Below are positions 1 to 12,100 of a stretch of 64,000 nucleotides of DNA, in pieces. This stretch comes from Macrostomum lignano (lineage: Eukaryota). The stretch is taken from contig NIVC01001097.1 of the NCBI GenBank assembly GCA_002269645.1, forward strand, positions 248,001 to 312,000, given 5' to 3'. The notes beneath the pieces are model-generated. The model was not told where the DNA came from. It was given only the letters and a program-made list of their open reading frames with translations, and ran no database searches. How positions within the stretch are numbered: the first letter of the stretch is position 1; each line of letters starts with the position of its first letter. A program made the position numbers and the translations under genes.

Positions 1-1969
1 GGTGCTCATGAAAAAAACTAGATCTATGCCAGATTTTCCATCTCCATTCTCCACGTATTTTGCTTTTGTCCCGGAATCGAATTTCTATACTTACTTTTGA
101 AGGCTTAGCCTTAAGTCCTATGAAATAGATTAAGTCATTATCTACAGAACATATACCGCCTAATTTTACAACTATAAAAAACAAAACCTTATATTGTAAG
201 TAGAGCAGAGCAGAACCATGTTTTTGATATTATAAGTAAGCATTTATTGAAGTTCAATACGTACAATTCAATATATATAAAATGTAAATGTAAAAAACCT
301 TAAAACCTAGGTCTATGATGTATAGTATCATTATCACTATCTACTTATTTTAAAAACGCAAGGCCAGGGCCAGGGGCAAACGATGCATATGGAGGCATGA
401 TTTGTTCCAAGCAGGGCTGTGATACATGATACGACTTTGTCGCACAGCCAGCAGAAACAAGTGTAGCTCCAATATTCCATTTTAGTTAGGTACAAGTACA
501 ACGCGCAGCACAAATCGGGGTAGACAGCAAAGCCGAATAATCCAAGTCAGCACAAAAGACGGGGTATTGAGCTGCGCTTTAATCTGCATCTCACTACCCA
601 TGTCTTTCATGTAGACAAAGAACCAATTTCAGATATTTATACTTACATTTGGAGAACAAGATGAAAATGTCCTCACCACGTGACTAAGCGGAAAAGCAAC
701 GAATTCCGATGGAAGCGGATAGGTTTTCAAGACTTATTTTTGGAACGCAAGGGCAATGAAAACGGAATAAAGAAACATAAAACTCACTACAAAAAGACGA
801 CTACAGTAGAGTTAAAACAAAAATGTACATTTTTTCGGTACGAGATTTTTAAATATCATATTAATACTCAACAATTTTTCAAAATTTTAACTTTTTTAAA
901 TAAACTTCAATTAGCTACTTAAGCATTTATACTTTTCTAATAACAAAGGTGGAGATATCTGTGCCATCGAGCGTTCCGTGACATCGGTGCGTTACTATTG
1001 GATGCTTTAAAGTGTTCCTGTGAATTCCGTGCATCAAATCAAGTCAGTCAGTAATGGGAAACCAGCCTTAAAGTATAATCACATTGCGTATGAATTTCTA
1101 CGAAATAATAAAATCCACTAATGGTTTAAGTTATTGGTTAGCATTTATGAGTTCAAGTCCCTGAGTCCGCCCTGTTATAACTGAAAGATTTTATGGCTTG
1201 ACTATAGAATAATTTGACAGTTTGACAGTAATTGGACAATTTAACTCCAATTAAATAGTTTTTAGTTTAGTTAGTATTTTTTCTACAAAGACAGGTAACG
1301 GAATATTTAAAGATCAGCTAAATATTTCTTAAAGATTGATATGGCTTCCACAATACATGATTAATTTACTCATTGTTTAAATGTACATGTACAATTATAA
1401 ACGAAGTGTCCGGCCCACTTGTTTTGTTTTTCAATTCAACTATTTTGCATTCACTAAATGTACACAGCTACGATGTGCCTACTAAGTATGAATTCTTATC
1501 AGAAAAGTAGCTCCGTCTCTCCATCCACGTAAGTAATTCTATACTGCTCAAGCACATCCACCTCTACTGCTTTGAACAGTGCATACGTAGTTTGAATTCA
1601 GGTATGAGCAAGGTGCCAGGCGGCTCTCTTAGAGTTCAGCAAGCCACATCCGCGTACATCATGCACGTTGTTAAGCATTGAAAAATAATCGAAAGCAAGA
1701 ATTTCGATGCATATTTTGCTGCAGGATTAACAGCAAAATATTAAACGTCAAAAACAAGGCAGGATGAGCTTTAAGATATATAATAATTGTCATATAATAT
1801 TAATTCTAGCACAGTTTGCATTCGCACAGAGGTCCGCAATGCACTGCCCAAGACCAACCATTACTTTCGCAACCGCATCTCAAATCACCAGCTCTTGGCG
1901 TTAAAAAAGGAAATTATAAAAAGCAAACAAGCGCAGAATTGAATGCGGAAGTCCGGGGCAGCTGCGGCC

Positions 1970-2427
1970 TCAGCCCGCGCGCTGCGCACCAGCCGGCGGG
2001 TTCTCGTCCAGGTTGATCCTGTCGCCGAACTTATCGTACAGGACCTTCTTCAGGTGGGCCATCTCGCCACGCAGGCTGGCCGCCCGCTCCTCGTGCTCGC
2101 GGCACTTCTGCTGCAGGTCGAGCTTCTTCCGCTCCAGCCGCTCGGTGACCTCCTCGGCCGGCAGGTGAACAAAGACCTCGCCCAGCAGGTAAGGATGCAG
2201 GCCATCTTCATCATCCAGCAGCATCAGGTCATTCTCAGCATCCTCGAGGTTTTGAAGCTCCTGTTTGGCAAGCTCGACCACCTTGGACTCTTCCTTGAAC
2301 TTGACGTTGGCCTTGGCAAATTTGTTTATGTTCAGCTGGTCGCCCAGCGTCACAGTGGGGCCCTCGGAATCCAGCAATGTTCGCGTGGCCTTGAGGTTCT
2401 GCTGGATGCGATGCCAGATCACCCAGG
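1970..2427 (-). CDS. PFDN4: Prefoldin subunit 4, single coding exon; start codon not resolved
   Basis: Translation VTLGDQLNINKFAK...LEDAENDLMLLDD...PYLLGEVFVH...MAHLKKVLYDKFGDRINLDE matches the PFDN4 family pattern (VTFEDQQKINKFAR...LYAKFGSNINLE). AG acceptor at 2429-2428. No in-frame ATG near the N-terminus. Confidence 0.88.
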
Positions 2428-2454
2428 CTGACTGGGGTAGCGAGCCTCAGTTGA

Positions 2455-3030
2455 GAAACCCACATGGGTTTGGTAGCCTGAAAATCTCACCTGGGGTTGG
2501 TAGCCTGAAAATCTCACCTGGGGTTGGTAGCCTGAAAATCTCACCTGGGATTGGTAGCCTGAGAATCTCACCTGGGTTGGTATACTGAGAATCTCAACTA
2601 GGATTGGTATACTGAGAATCTCACCTGGGTTGGGTAGCCTGAGACTCTCTTATGGGGTTGGCAGCCTGTGAATCTCACCTGGGATTGGTAGCCTGAGAAT
2701 CTCACCTGGGATTGGTAGCCTGAGAATCTCACCTGGGATTGGTAGTCTGAGAATCTCACCTGGGGATGCCAGTCTGAGGATCTCACCTGGGATTGGTAGC
2801 CTGAGAATCTCACCTGGAGTTGTTAGCCTGAGAATCTCACCTGGGATTGGTAGCCTGAGAATCTCACCTGGGATTGGTAGCCTGAGAATCTCACCTGGGG
2901 TTGGTAGCCTGAGAATCTCACCTGGGATTGGTAGCCTGAGAATCTCACCTGGGATTGGTAGTCTGAGAATCTCACCTGGGATTGGTAGCCTGAGAATCTC
3001 ACCTGGGGTTGGCAATTGGGAACCTGAGAA
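2455..3030. repeat. 27-bp minisatellite, ~20 copies, filling the intron upstream of PFDN4
   Basis: Unit GGTAGCCTGAGAATCTCACCTGGGATT. On the minus strand it contains CCAG/GTGAGA (donor-like) and TTCTCAG (acceptor-like). A GTACGA donor at 3036 borders the array. Confidence 0.95.
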
Positions 3031-3807
3031 TCGTACCTATATAATAGAATAACCCCAGAAGACAATAGACTCAAGAAAGCATTGCATTAATTAATCGTTT
3101 ATTATAATTCTGTGCAGCAGACATCAGGTTATCTGTAAAACCATCAGTAATGCTTCTGTACAAATACGAGAGTCAATCAACTTGGGAGCCGCACAAACTG
3201 AGCAGGGGCTGGGATCTGGGCTCGCTAGTCTGGGTGGCAGCAATCAAGAAAGTTAAAGGAAGTTCTTTATAAATTTTTTTAGAAAAAAACTGATTTAAAG
3301 TCTAATAGGACAGCATGGGCCACGCGAAACTGACAGTTGAACATTCACAAGATCAGTGCAGCAAAAGAAGAATGAGACAAAAGAAAAAATTACAGGCGAG
3401 CAAAGTGCCGGTCGAACTGGAATCCCAGAGACAGGCAATAATCTGGATAGGGTTTATTTAGCACGGAAATCCTGTCACCATGGTTACGGATCATCTTTAT
3501 TCTGCTCCTAAAATTATGTTCTGCGAAATACGCCAGCGAAGTCGCATAGCAACTGTAGCAGCGCGACTGGACTAAACACAAAGTGGTCAATTCTTGCTGA
3601 AGGTAGCTGCTAAGGTGGCGTATCTCGCGCATTCAAATGAACTGGACTGATAAACAACCGCAAGCGAACGCTTCTACTGCCAGTAGGCTGTAGCGGAAAA
3701 AGGTCACCAAAATGATTGGCTTCAGCGCTGCACACCGAGCCAAAGCCAGAGTGAAATAATCATAAACAGTTTTGAGCTCAGAGCAGCCGGGCCAGTCAGC
3801 CAGGGAC

Positions 3808-5055
3808 TCAGGTGTCCTCATCGGTGCCGTCAGGGTGGTTCAGCACCCGCCGGTCCGTGACGAACAGCCACTTCTTCTGATGGTAGATGAGCTTGGTGAG
3901 GCCCTTCAGCACAACGAAGGCGAAGCAGCCGAGCAGCGTCCGCTGCAGACTGGAGGAGACCCGGCGGAACAGCAGCTTGCCAACCACGGTGCTGACTGTG
4001 GGCAGCGCCAGGGCGCCGCAGAGGACGCGCGACACCGAGACCGGGTGGGCGGCCAGCCCGAATTCCACGGGTGGAGGCTGCGGCGGCGGCTGCACCGGCT
4101 GCTGCTGCTGCTGCTGCTGCAGGGACTGTCGCGGAGCCGGGCGGGACCGGAGGCGGAACAGCTTGGGGCCGTAGGTGCGCACCAAGCGGACCAGGGCCTC
4201 CTCCCAGCGGACCATCTTGGCGGCCACCAGCACCAGCGGGATGCAGGGCAGGCCCACCAGCAGCATCATCGGGTCCATGCGCTCCATGAAGCGCAGCCCG
4301 TCACTGTGGCCGAGGACCTGCGGACAGGGAAGGCGGCATTGACGATATCTGGAGATAGTGCTTCACAATTGCCTGGCTGGTTATCCTGTGAAATAACTTT
4401 GATATCACTGACAGTCATCACATGGACAGGACTGTCAGTGACACATCAGTGATCCCACACGGACACAAATGCCACGTGGACACAAATCCCACGCGGACAC
4501 CACACGGACACAAATCTTAGCTGGACACAAATCTCCGCCGGACACAAATCCCACACAGACACAAACCCACAGACACAAACCACAGACAAGTCCTACAGAC
4601 ACAAATCCCACAGACACAAATCCCACAGACACAACTCCCACACGGACACAAATCCCACAGACACAACTCCCACACGGACACAAATCCCACAGACACAAAT
4701 CCCACACGGACACAAATCCCACAGACACAAATCTCATATCATGTACCTGCATGACAGACACGGCGCCGTAGGTGACGGCAGTCCAGTAGACGGAGCCAAC
4801 CAGCACAATGCCAGCAAAGAACGGGCAGATGTGCATCACCATCTGGTCCACGCGCTCCATCAGATAGAGCAGAGTGTCCTTCGGCGGATAGAAGATCAAA
4901 TACTCGGCGTTGCAGGCGTTGCAGGACACGGTGAGCGCCGTGTTGCCCCGCTGCTTCTCGTCTACCCAGCGCTGCACGCAGTGCTGGTGCACCCACTTGG
5001 TGTCGCCCCGGCAGCGACAGGGCCGCACCCACTCGGCCAAAGGTGATGGCCCAGC
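3808..5055 (-). CDS. MARCHF5: E3 ubiquitin ligase MARCH5/MITOL (RING-CH + TM); exons 4747-5055 and 3808-4317; first exon not found
   Basis: EWVRPCRCRGDTKWVHQHCVQRWVDEKQRGN...CNACNAEY...GSVYWTAVTYGAVSVMQ joined in phase 0 (GTACAT donor 4746, CCGCAG acceptor 4318) to VLGHSDGLRFMERMDP...SRVLCGALALPT...QRTLLG...RRVLN. The N-terminal CWVC pair of the RING-CH is not visible. Confidence 0.9.
4445..4735. repeat. ~15-bp minisatellite in the MARCH5 intron
   Basis: Unit approximately GACACAAATCCCACA, degenerate, ~18 copies. Confidence 0.9.
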
Positions 5056-5558
5056 CTGAGGATCAGGGAAGGTGATGGCCCAGCCTGAGGATCAGGGAAG
5101 GTGATGGCCCAGCCTGAGGATCAGGGAAGGTGATGGCCCAGCCTGAGGATCAGGGAAGGTGATGGCCCAGCCTGAGGATCAGGGAAGGTGATGGCCCAGC
5201 CTGAGGATCAGGGAAGGTGATGGCCCAGCCTGAGGATCAGGGAAGGTGATGGCCCAGCCTGAGGATCAGGGAAGGTGATGGCCCAGCCTGAGGATCAGGG
5301 AAGGTGATGGCCCAGCCTGAGGATCAGGGAAGGTGATGGCCCAGCCTGAGGATCAGGGAAGGTGATGGCCCAGCCTGAGGATCAGGGAAGGTGATGGCCC
5401 AGCCTGAGGATCAGGGAAGGTGATGGCCCAGCCTGAGGATCAGGGAAGGTGATGGCCCAGCCTGAGGATCAGGGAAGGTGATGGCCCAGCCTGAGGATCA
5501 GGGAAGGTGATGGCCCAGCCTAAGGATCAGGGAAGGTGATGGCCCAGCCTGAGGATCC
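5041..5558. repeat. 29-bp near-perfect minisatellite, ~18 copies, overlapping the MARCH5 acceptor
   Basis: Unit AGGTGATGGCCCAGCCTGAGGATCAGGGA; one TAAGG variant at ~5521. Confidence 0.97.
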
Positions 5559-8500
5559 ATAGAAATAAGTCCACATTTGCAGATAGCATCCAGTCTAGTA
5601 CAGTCTAGAATTGGAGACAGGCATAGGACAAAGGGTACACAAGGAGGACCCAGCTTGCATGCAAGAAAGCAAATGATAAAAAGAGAATAAAGAAAAGACT
5701 AAGAAATTTAATTTAGAGGTAAAGTTTTTCGGGAGGCATAACTTGCAAAAAAGATCATTGACTGTCTAGAGTTAGAAGTAAAATATTTAAATGGTAAGCA
5801 TTATATAACATTGCCCCATGGTTAGACAAATAGCTAGTGCATTATCTAGACTATAGGTTTATTTTTTTCTTATTTATGCACTAACAAAAATATTACTGTA
5901 TGATTTATTTATATTTAATAGAATGAATAATAAACAAATTTATATCCAATATGATTTTAAAACAGCTAGAATATATATACAGTACAAGGATACTTTATAT
6001 AAAATCATAATGCTATAATTGATTTGGATAATTCTGACTACATTACTTAACCTAGATGTATACATAAAAATTTAAATATTGGGTAGTTGGCTTTAAAAAG
6101 CAATATTAAATTTAATACTTTATTAGTCCTAAAGAGAAATGAAAGAATATTTTATAGCTTTTATATAATAAGTTATAACTATAGTTGCATGATTCATTTA
6201 AATAAAAGATGCCCAATCCAATACATGATGTTGTCTAATGCATTTTGTGGGTATATCTTGTGCTAAAGGAATTCTTTGAGATGCAACTCAGAGGTCAATA
6301 CTTATACCATACATGGTGTAGAAGTAAGCTTTGGCATGAGCCCATGTGCTTTCAATAAGTTTTGCATGAACTGTCATATCTTGCGGGTTTACAAAGTGCC
6401 CAGAAGAATATGCCAAGTGATAATTGGCAACAAGGTTGCCACAGTTTGATCCTCAACTGGCACCATCATGCATTTTCAAGTGCCATAGGGGGCCTACTCT
6501 ACTATTCTTAGCACCCATTGGCTAGGCTGATGTGCACCTAGATAAAATTTTTGGTGTATATAAAATAGGACTTATCTATTTTGACCTCTTGCCTAGGGCC
6601 TCTTAGTTTGATTGGAGTACTTGTCTCTGATGGAATTATGCAAGCTTAGAAATTTTGAATAAAATAAATAAAGCTTAGAAATTTAAAAAATTATATCACA
6701 AACTGTTTCTAAAGATAAAAAATTTTGACTTCATGGAACAAATGATTTTTTTAGCACTTGTACATTTTAAGGCCTAGAACCTCATATATTATATCCATTT
6801 TGAATAATAACCATTTAAATGCAAAAATTGCAATAAAATGATTGTGTTCCAAAACTATAACATTTCTTATCTTTAGCATCTTACATAAGAGGCATCCACT
6901 TCCACTCTATATATAGTATAAAGAAAACCATTTAAAGAGAGAATTGAAAGTGATTATAAAGCAAAATGTGCATTTTAGCACCTTTTCTCAATTTAGGAAA
7001 ATGATCATTTTAATGATACCATTATATAAAATGACTATTAACCAAAAGTATAGTGCTTACATTTGTGGAATATTAATTGTTTGCTTTGTTACAAGAGTTG
7101 AAAAATGATAAAGATTATTTTTTTCTTGATTTTAGTTTTGGAACACAATCATTTAAGTATAAAAGTTTTAAGTAAATAATCACCTTCCAAAACAGAAAAT
7201 TTACAGGATGACTATTTAAATTTAAATGCTATAAAAAGGCATGATCATATAAAAAATGCCATTTTTTCTTTTGTATATATTTAGTTTTGGAAGGCAATCA
7301 TATAAATAGAACTTTTATATGTGTATAAAACTAAAAGTTCCATTTAAATAATCACCTTCTAAAACTGAATGAATATATGTAGACTGATGTAGTGATGTAC
7401 TTAAATAACTTATAACTTTGGCCTATATAAACATTTTAGTTTTTGTTTGAACAGAGAATAGAGACAAACTTCAATGTGATTGTCTACCAAAACTAGTAAG
7501 TTCAGAAATGATCATCATCCAAAAGATTGCCATTAATTCAATTAGAAAAAGGAAAAATATAGCTTATGAGTTTTTTGTCTTAAACATAAAGACCCAGAGA
7601 CAAAAATATTTATATTCTTTATATTTATTTAGGTTTTACCTAAGCTAAGGATTCTGTTAATAGCTATTTGCATTTAGGCTAATAAAAGACCTTTTGGCAA
7701 TAGTGATTGATAAGTAGGCTCTTAGACTAGGGCCTATTGACAAGAAAAAGTTGATATTTATTGATAGCCCTATAGTAGGCCGGAGAGTAAATCAAATTTA
7801 AGTTTAATTTAATCAAATTTAAGAGTAAAGCATTAGCAATGAGAAAAGTTAATAACTAATAGTGAGGCCTAATGAACAGACAATTATTAACTCATATGCT
7901 AGTAATATCGGCCTGATGCAACACAATTTAACGTCTCAAGCTCAAGGCTAAAGTGAAAGTGTAGTTAGTACTTAAAAGACAAGACAATACAAGCAGACAG
8001 CTAGTAAAAATATCTCAGCAAAAAATTAATTTTCCCCATTGACTGTGCGTGCCTGGTTCACAAAATCTCATTTTCCGAGTGGTAATATTATGGTCCGAGG
8101 AGTTTTGAGTGTCGTTGCTGTTGATCTATTTGGCTTTCAGCGCTCCAAACCATGTTCTTTCAAATTCCAACCAAGTAAATTTTCATGGCAGAACTTACGC
8201 AGCGGGTTTGAAAGGGCGCGTTGAATTTTCATAAAGATTCAAACAAATTTGGATTCAGGAATGGGGGCCTTTTAATATTACCAATTCCAGAACCAGAATC
8301 GGTTCGGAATTCCAAGAAAAACAGCAGTATAAATATTAAACTCTGCTAATATTTGACTGCGTTAACAACCTAACTTGGCACAATTTTTCACTTTCTTCTT
8401 GGCGATTGTCATTCAATAATAAAAACTTTATAGCACGTATCTCCCTCTAGTTATGGAGACAAAAAGTTATACTTCACAAATTGGTTCCGGTTCTGGAACC

Positions 8501-8960
8501 AGAGCAAGCAATATGAAAGGCCCTGGGTATGCTTCGACTGTCTGGTTCCTTGTCTTGCTGAGAGTAGGCCGTCTGTCAGTCAGCTCTGGCTGAGCGGTCT
8601 ACACTAATGCCGCTACAATCAGCCGCTGAGCCGCTGAGCGGCTGCTTTTCTACTGAATTAAATAGGCCTTTATAATTTGCTACTTTTACATAATGAAAAA
8701 TAACCCACTTCGGGCTACTGTTAGTAATTCGCTGCCAATACAACGATTTTGCAAAGAATTTAAAACAAATTGCGCTTATAGAAAAGTGGCTTCTTCTTGA
8801 GTAAATTTGAGTCCGCTCTGATTGAGAAGGTTTGTGTAGGAGTCAAAACCGAGCCATATAAAGTTCTAAGACACCGGATCTGCCCTCACTATGGCTTCAG
8901 GGACACAGCAGAGTCGGTTTGTTGGGCCATTGCACGAAATGGCTGCGTAGGGCTCACCAA

Positions 8961-9177
8961 TGAAGCGGCTTGCGAGTGGAAGCTTGAAAAGCAGCAAGCG
9001 AGCAAAAGATCTTGTGTATATTTGTTTAAGCATAGTCTTTATACTTGAGAGAATAGGGAGGTGTGAGTCAGAGCGAACTGGCTGGCTGGGCAAAACTCCC
9101 CAGCAGCCATGCAGGCGTGCAGGGGCCTGTGCACAGGAGGGCCCCGCTCTCAACCGTGCACCAGTCTGGTCGCCACA
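8961..9177 (-). repeat. 3' LTR
   Basis: Preceded by the polypurine tract; 216/217 identical to the 5' LTR by eye. Confidence 0.95.
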
Positions 9178-9198
9178 GAGCTCCCCCCCAGCACCGAG

Positions 9199-12100
9199 CT
9201 ATTCGGCCAAGGCCGCCGGGCTCGGACGGCACCGGCGGGGTGGCAGTTGGCGGCTGGGGAAAGCAGCAGTGCGTTGGGCCGCCGGCGGAATGTCGCCAGC
9301 TGAAGAGGCGGGGTCGGCGGCAGAGTGCGCTGGGGGCGGCTCAGCGGGCAGCCGCGGCGGGCGGCCTCTTGGTCGCAGGGCCGGCGTCGGGAATGGGTCG
9401 ACCGCGTCGATGACGGCTGGCTTCAGTCTGTCCACTGACACTCGGTCGCGTCGAGTGCCCAGATCCAGCAGGAAAGCTTTGGCGTCCCGCTCGAGGACCT
9501 TGAACGGGCCGTCGTAAGGTCGCTGCAGCGGAGGGCGGTGGCCGTCGCGCCGGACGAAAACGAACTGGCAGGCGTCGAGGGCGGCCGGCCAAGCTGTGGG
9601 GCGGCTGCCGTGACGGGACGTCGGCGTCGGCCGGAATGCCTGGACGGCGCCGCGGAGCCAGGCGAGGAACTGGTCGTGGTCGCCGGCCGGCGGGCTGGGC
9701 TGCAGGCACTCGCCAGGCACGCAGAGGGGCGCTCCGTAGACCAGCTCGGCCGACGATGCCGGCAGGTCCTCCTTGGGGCCGTCCGGATGCCGAGCAGCAC
9801 CCAGGGTAGCTCGCTGACCCAGGCTGGTCCGGCCAGTCGCGTCATGAGGGAGGACTTCAGCTGCCGGTGGAAACGCTCGACCAGCCCGTTCGCCTGCGGA
9901 TGGAAAGCCGTTGTCCGGTGGAGCTGCATTCCGAGGAGCCGTGAGACGTTGGACCACAGCAGCGACGTGAACTGCGAGCCGCGGTCCGAGGTGATGTCGC
10001 TTGGCACTCCAAACCTGGCGATCCAGTGGGCGATGAAGGCGGAGGCGCACGCGGCCGCGGAGGTGTCGGTCATCGGGATCGCCTCCGGCCACCGGGTGAA
10101 ACGGTCCACGATGGTCAGCAGGTTCGTGAAGCCTTGCGAAGGCGGCAGCGGCCCCACCAGGTCGACGTGAACGTGGGCGAAGCGCTGGTCCGGGACGCGG
10201 ATATTGCCAACCGGGGCGGCGACGTGCCGGTGCACCTTGGCCGTCTGGCAGGCGACACAGGACCGGGCCCACCGGCTAACGTCCTTGTTCATGCCGGCCC
10301 ACACGAATTTGGCGGCCACGAGGCGCCGCGTGCTGCGGACGGACGGGTGGGCGAGGCCGTGGATGGCGTCGAAGACGGGGCGTCTGAAATTCGGCGGCAC
10401 CAAGCCACCAACGGGCGCGGCCGGCCTGTGGAGATGTCGCAGAGCAGGGCGACACCGGGGCTGAGCTGCAGCGGCTCAAGTTGGAGGCTGGCGTCCGCCT
10501 AACTGGCCGTATCGGCCGCCTGCGCCTGGGCCATGGACGCGAAATCCACGCCGGGGAGCAGCTGGGGCTGCACGGAAGAGATCGTGCAGCGGGACAGCGC
10601 GTCTGCGACCGAGTTGTCCTTGCCCGCCACGTGCTGGATGTTTGTGGTGAACTCGGACACGTAGGCCAGGTGGCGCTGCTGTCGGGCGGACCACGGATCG
10701 GACATCTTGGACATGGCGGCGACCAGCGGCTTGTGGTCCGTGAAAGCGGTGAACGCGCGGCCCTCCAGGAAATAGCGAAAGTGCCGGACCGCCAGGTACA
10801 GGGCGAGCAGCTCGCGGTCGAATGCGCTGTACTTCTGCTCGGGCGGGCGCAGCTGCCGGCTGAAGAAGGCGAGCGGCTGCCAGGCGCTGCCAACCCGCTG
10901 CTCGAGCGCTGCCCCGACCGCGGTATCGGAGGCGTCGAGGGTGAGGGCGATGGGCGCGTCTGGCCGCGGGTGCGCCAGCATGGCGGCGGAGGCCAGCGCC
11001 CGCTTCGCTCCATCGAAAGCGGCGGTCAGCTCGGGCGTCCACCGGACGAACTTCTCCTTGCCGGCCATGGCCGCATGGATGGGGCGCAGCAGCTGGGCGG
11101 CGCGCGGCACGAAGCGGTGGTAGAAATTCACCATGCCGGCGAACTCCTGCAGGCCCTTGACGGTGGCTGGCAGTGCGAATCTGGCGATGGCGTCGACTTT
11201 GGCGGGCAGCGGCACGGCTCCCTGGGCGCTGATCCGGTGGCCGAGGAAGTCGATCTCGCTGCGGCCGAAATCGCACTTGGCCGGGTTGACGATAAGGCCG
11301 TTGTCCATCAGGCGCTGAAAAAGCGTCCGCAGGTGCTCCAGGTGCTCTTGTGGGCTGTGGCTAGCGACCAGGAAGTCGTCGATGTAGGCGAAGACAAAGT
11401 CCAGGTCTTGGCAGACGGAGTCCACCAACCGCTGGAAGGCCTGGGCGGCGTTCTTGAGACCGAATGGCATTCGCAGGAACTCGAAGAGGCCGAACGGGGT
11501 GGTGACGGCGGTCTTGGGCACGTCGGCTGCGGCCACGGGCACCTGGTGGTAGCCACGAACAAGGTCGATCTTGGAGAAAACCGAGCAGCCGGCTAGGCGC
11601 ACTGAGAAATCCTGGATGTGCGGCACCGGGTAGCGGTCGGGCACCGTGGCGTCGTTTAGCCGCCTGAAATCGCCGCAGGGCCGCCAGCCACCGGAGGCTT
11701 TTGGGACCATATGCAACGGCGAGGACCAAGGGCTGTTGGACCGGCGAACGATGCCGAGTTGCTCCAGGAGCCGGAACTCCTCCTTGGCCACCGCCAGCTT
11801 GTCCGGCGGCAGGCGGCGAGGGCGGGCATGGACCGGCGGGCCCTGCGTCGGGATGTGGAGCTCCACCCCGTGTCGTGGCTCAGCCCGCTGGAAACTGGGC
11901 TCGGTGAGGGCGGGGAACTCGGCCAACAGCTGGCTGTACGGGTCCGCAGCGGCGGCTGCGGCGAGTTGCAGTCCGGGCCCCGCGCCGTCCAGCAGGTGCA
12001 CGCTGGCGAGCGAGCGGGCGTCCAGGAGGCGCCGGTGCGGCAGGTCCACCAGCAGGCCGTGGTGCCGCAGAAAGTCGGCGCCGATCAGCGGGCGGGAGAC

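Noticed and set aside
1-1900. Short ORFs (680-922, 1816-2016) and a GTTCAAGTCC B-box-like motif at ~1151
   Set aside because: AT-rich, no homology or splice support; the motif lacks an A-box and tRNA fold.
6780-8510. Short imperfect inverted repeats (7130-7365; 8287-8499)
   Set aside because: Too degenerate to define termini or a TSD; probably old MITE debris.
8518-8560. Plus-strand PWVCFDC resembling the missing MARCH5 CWVCF
   Set aside because: Wrong strand, first Cys absent, no splice context; treated as coincidence.
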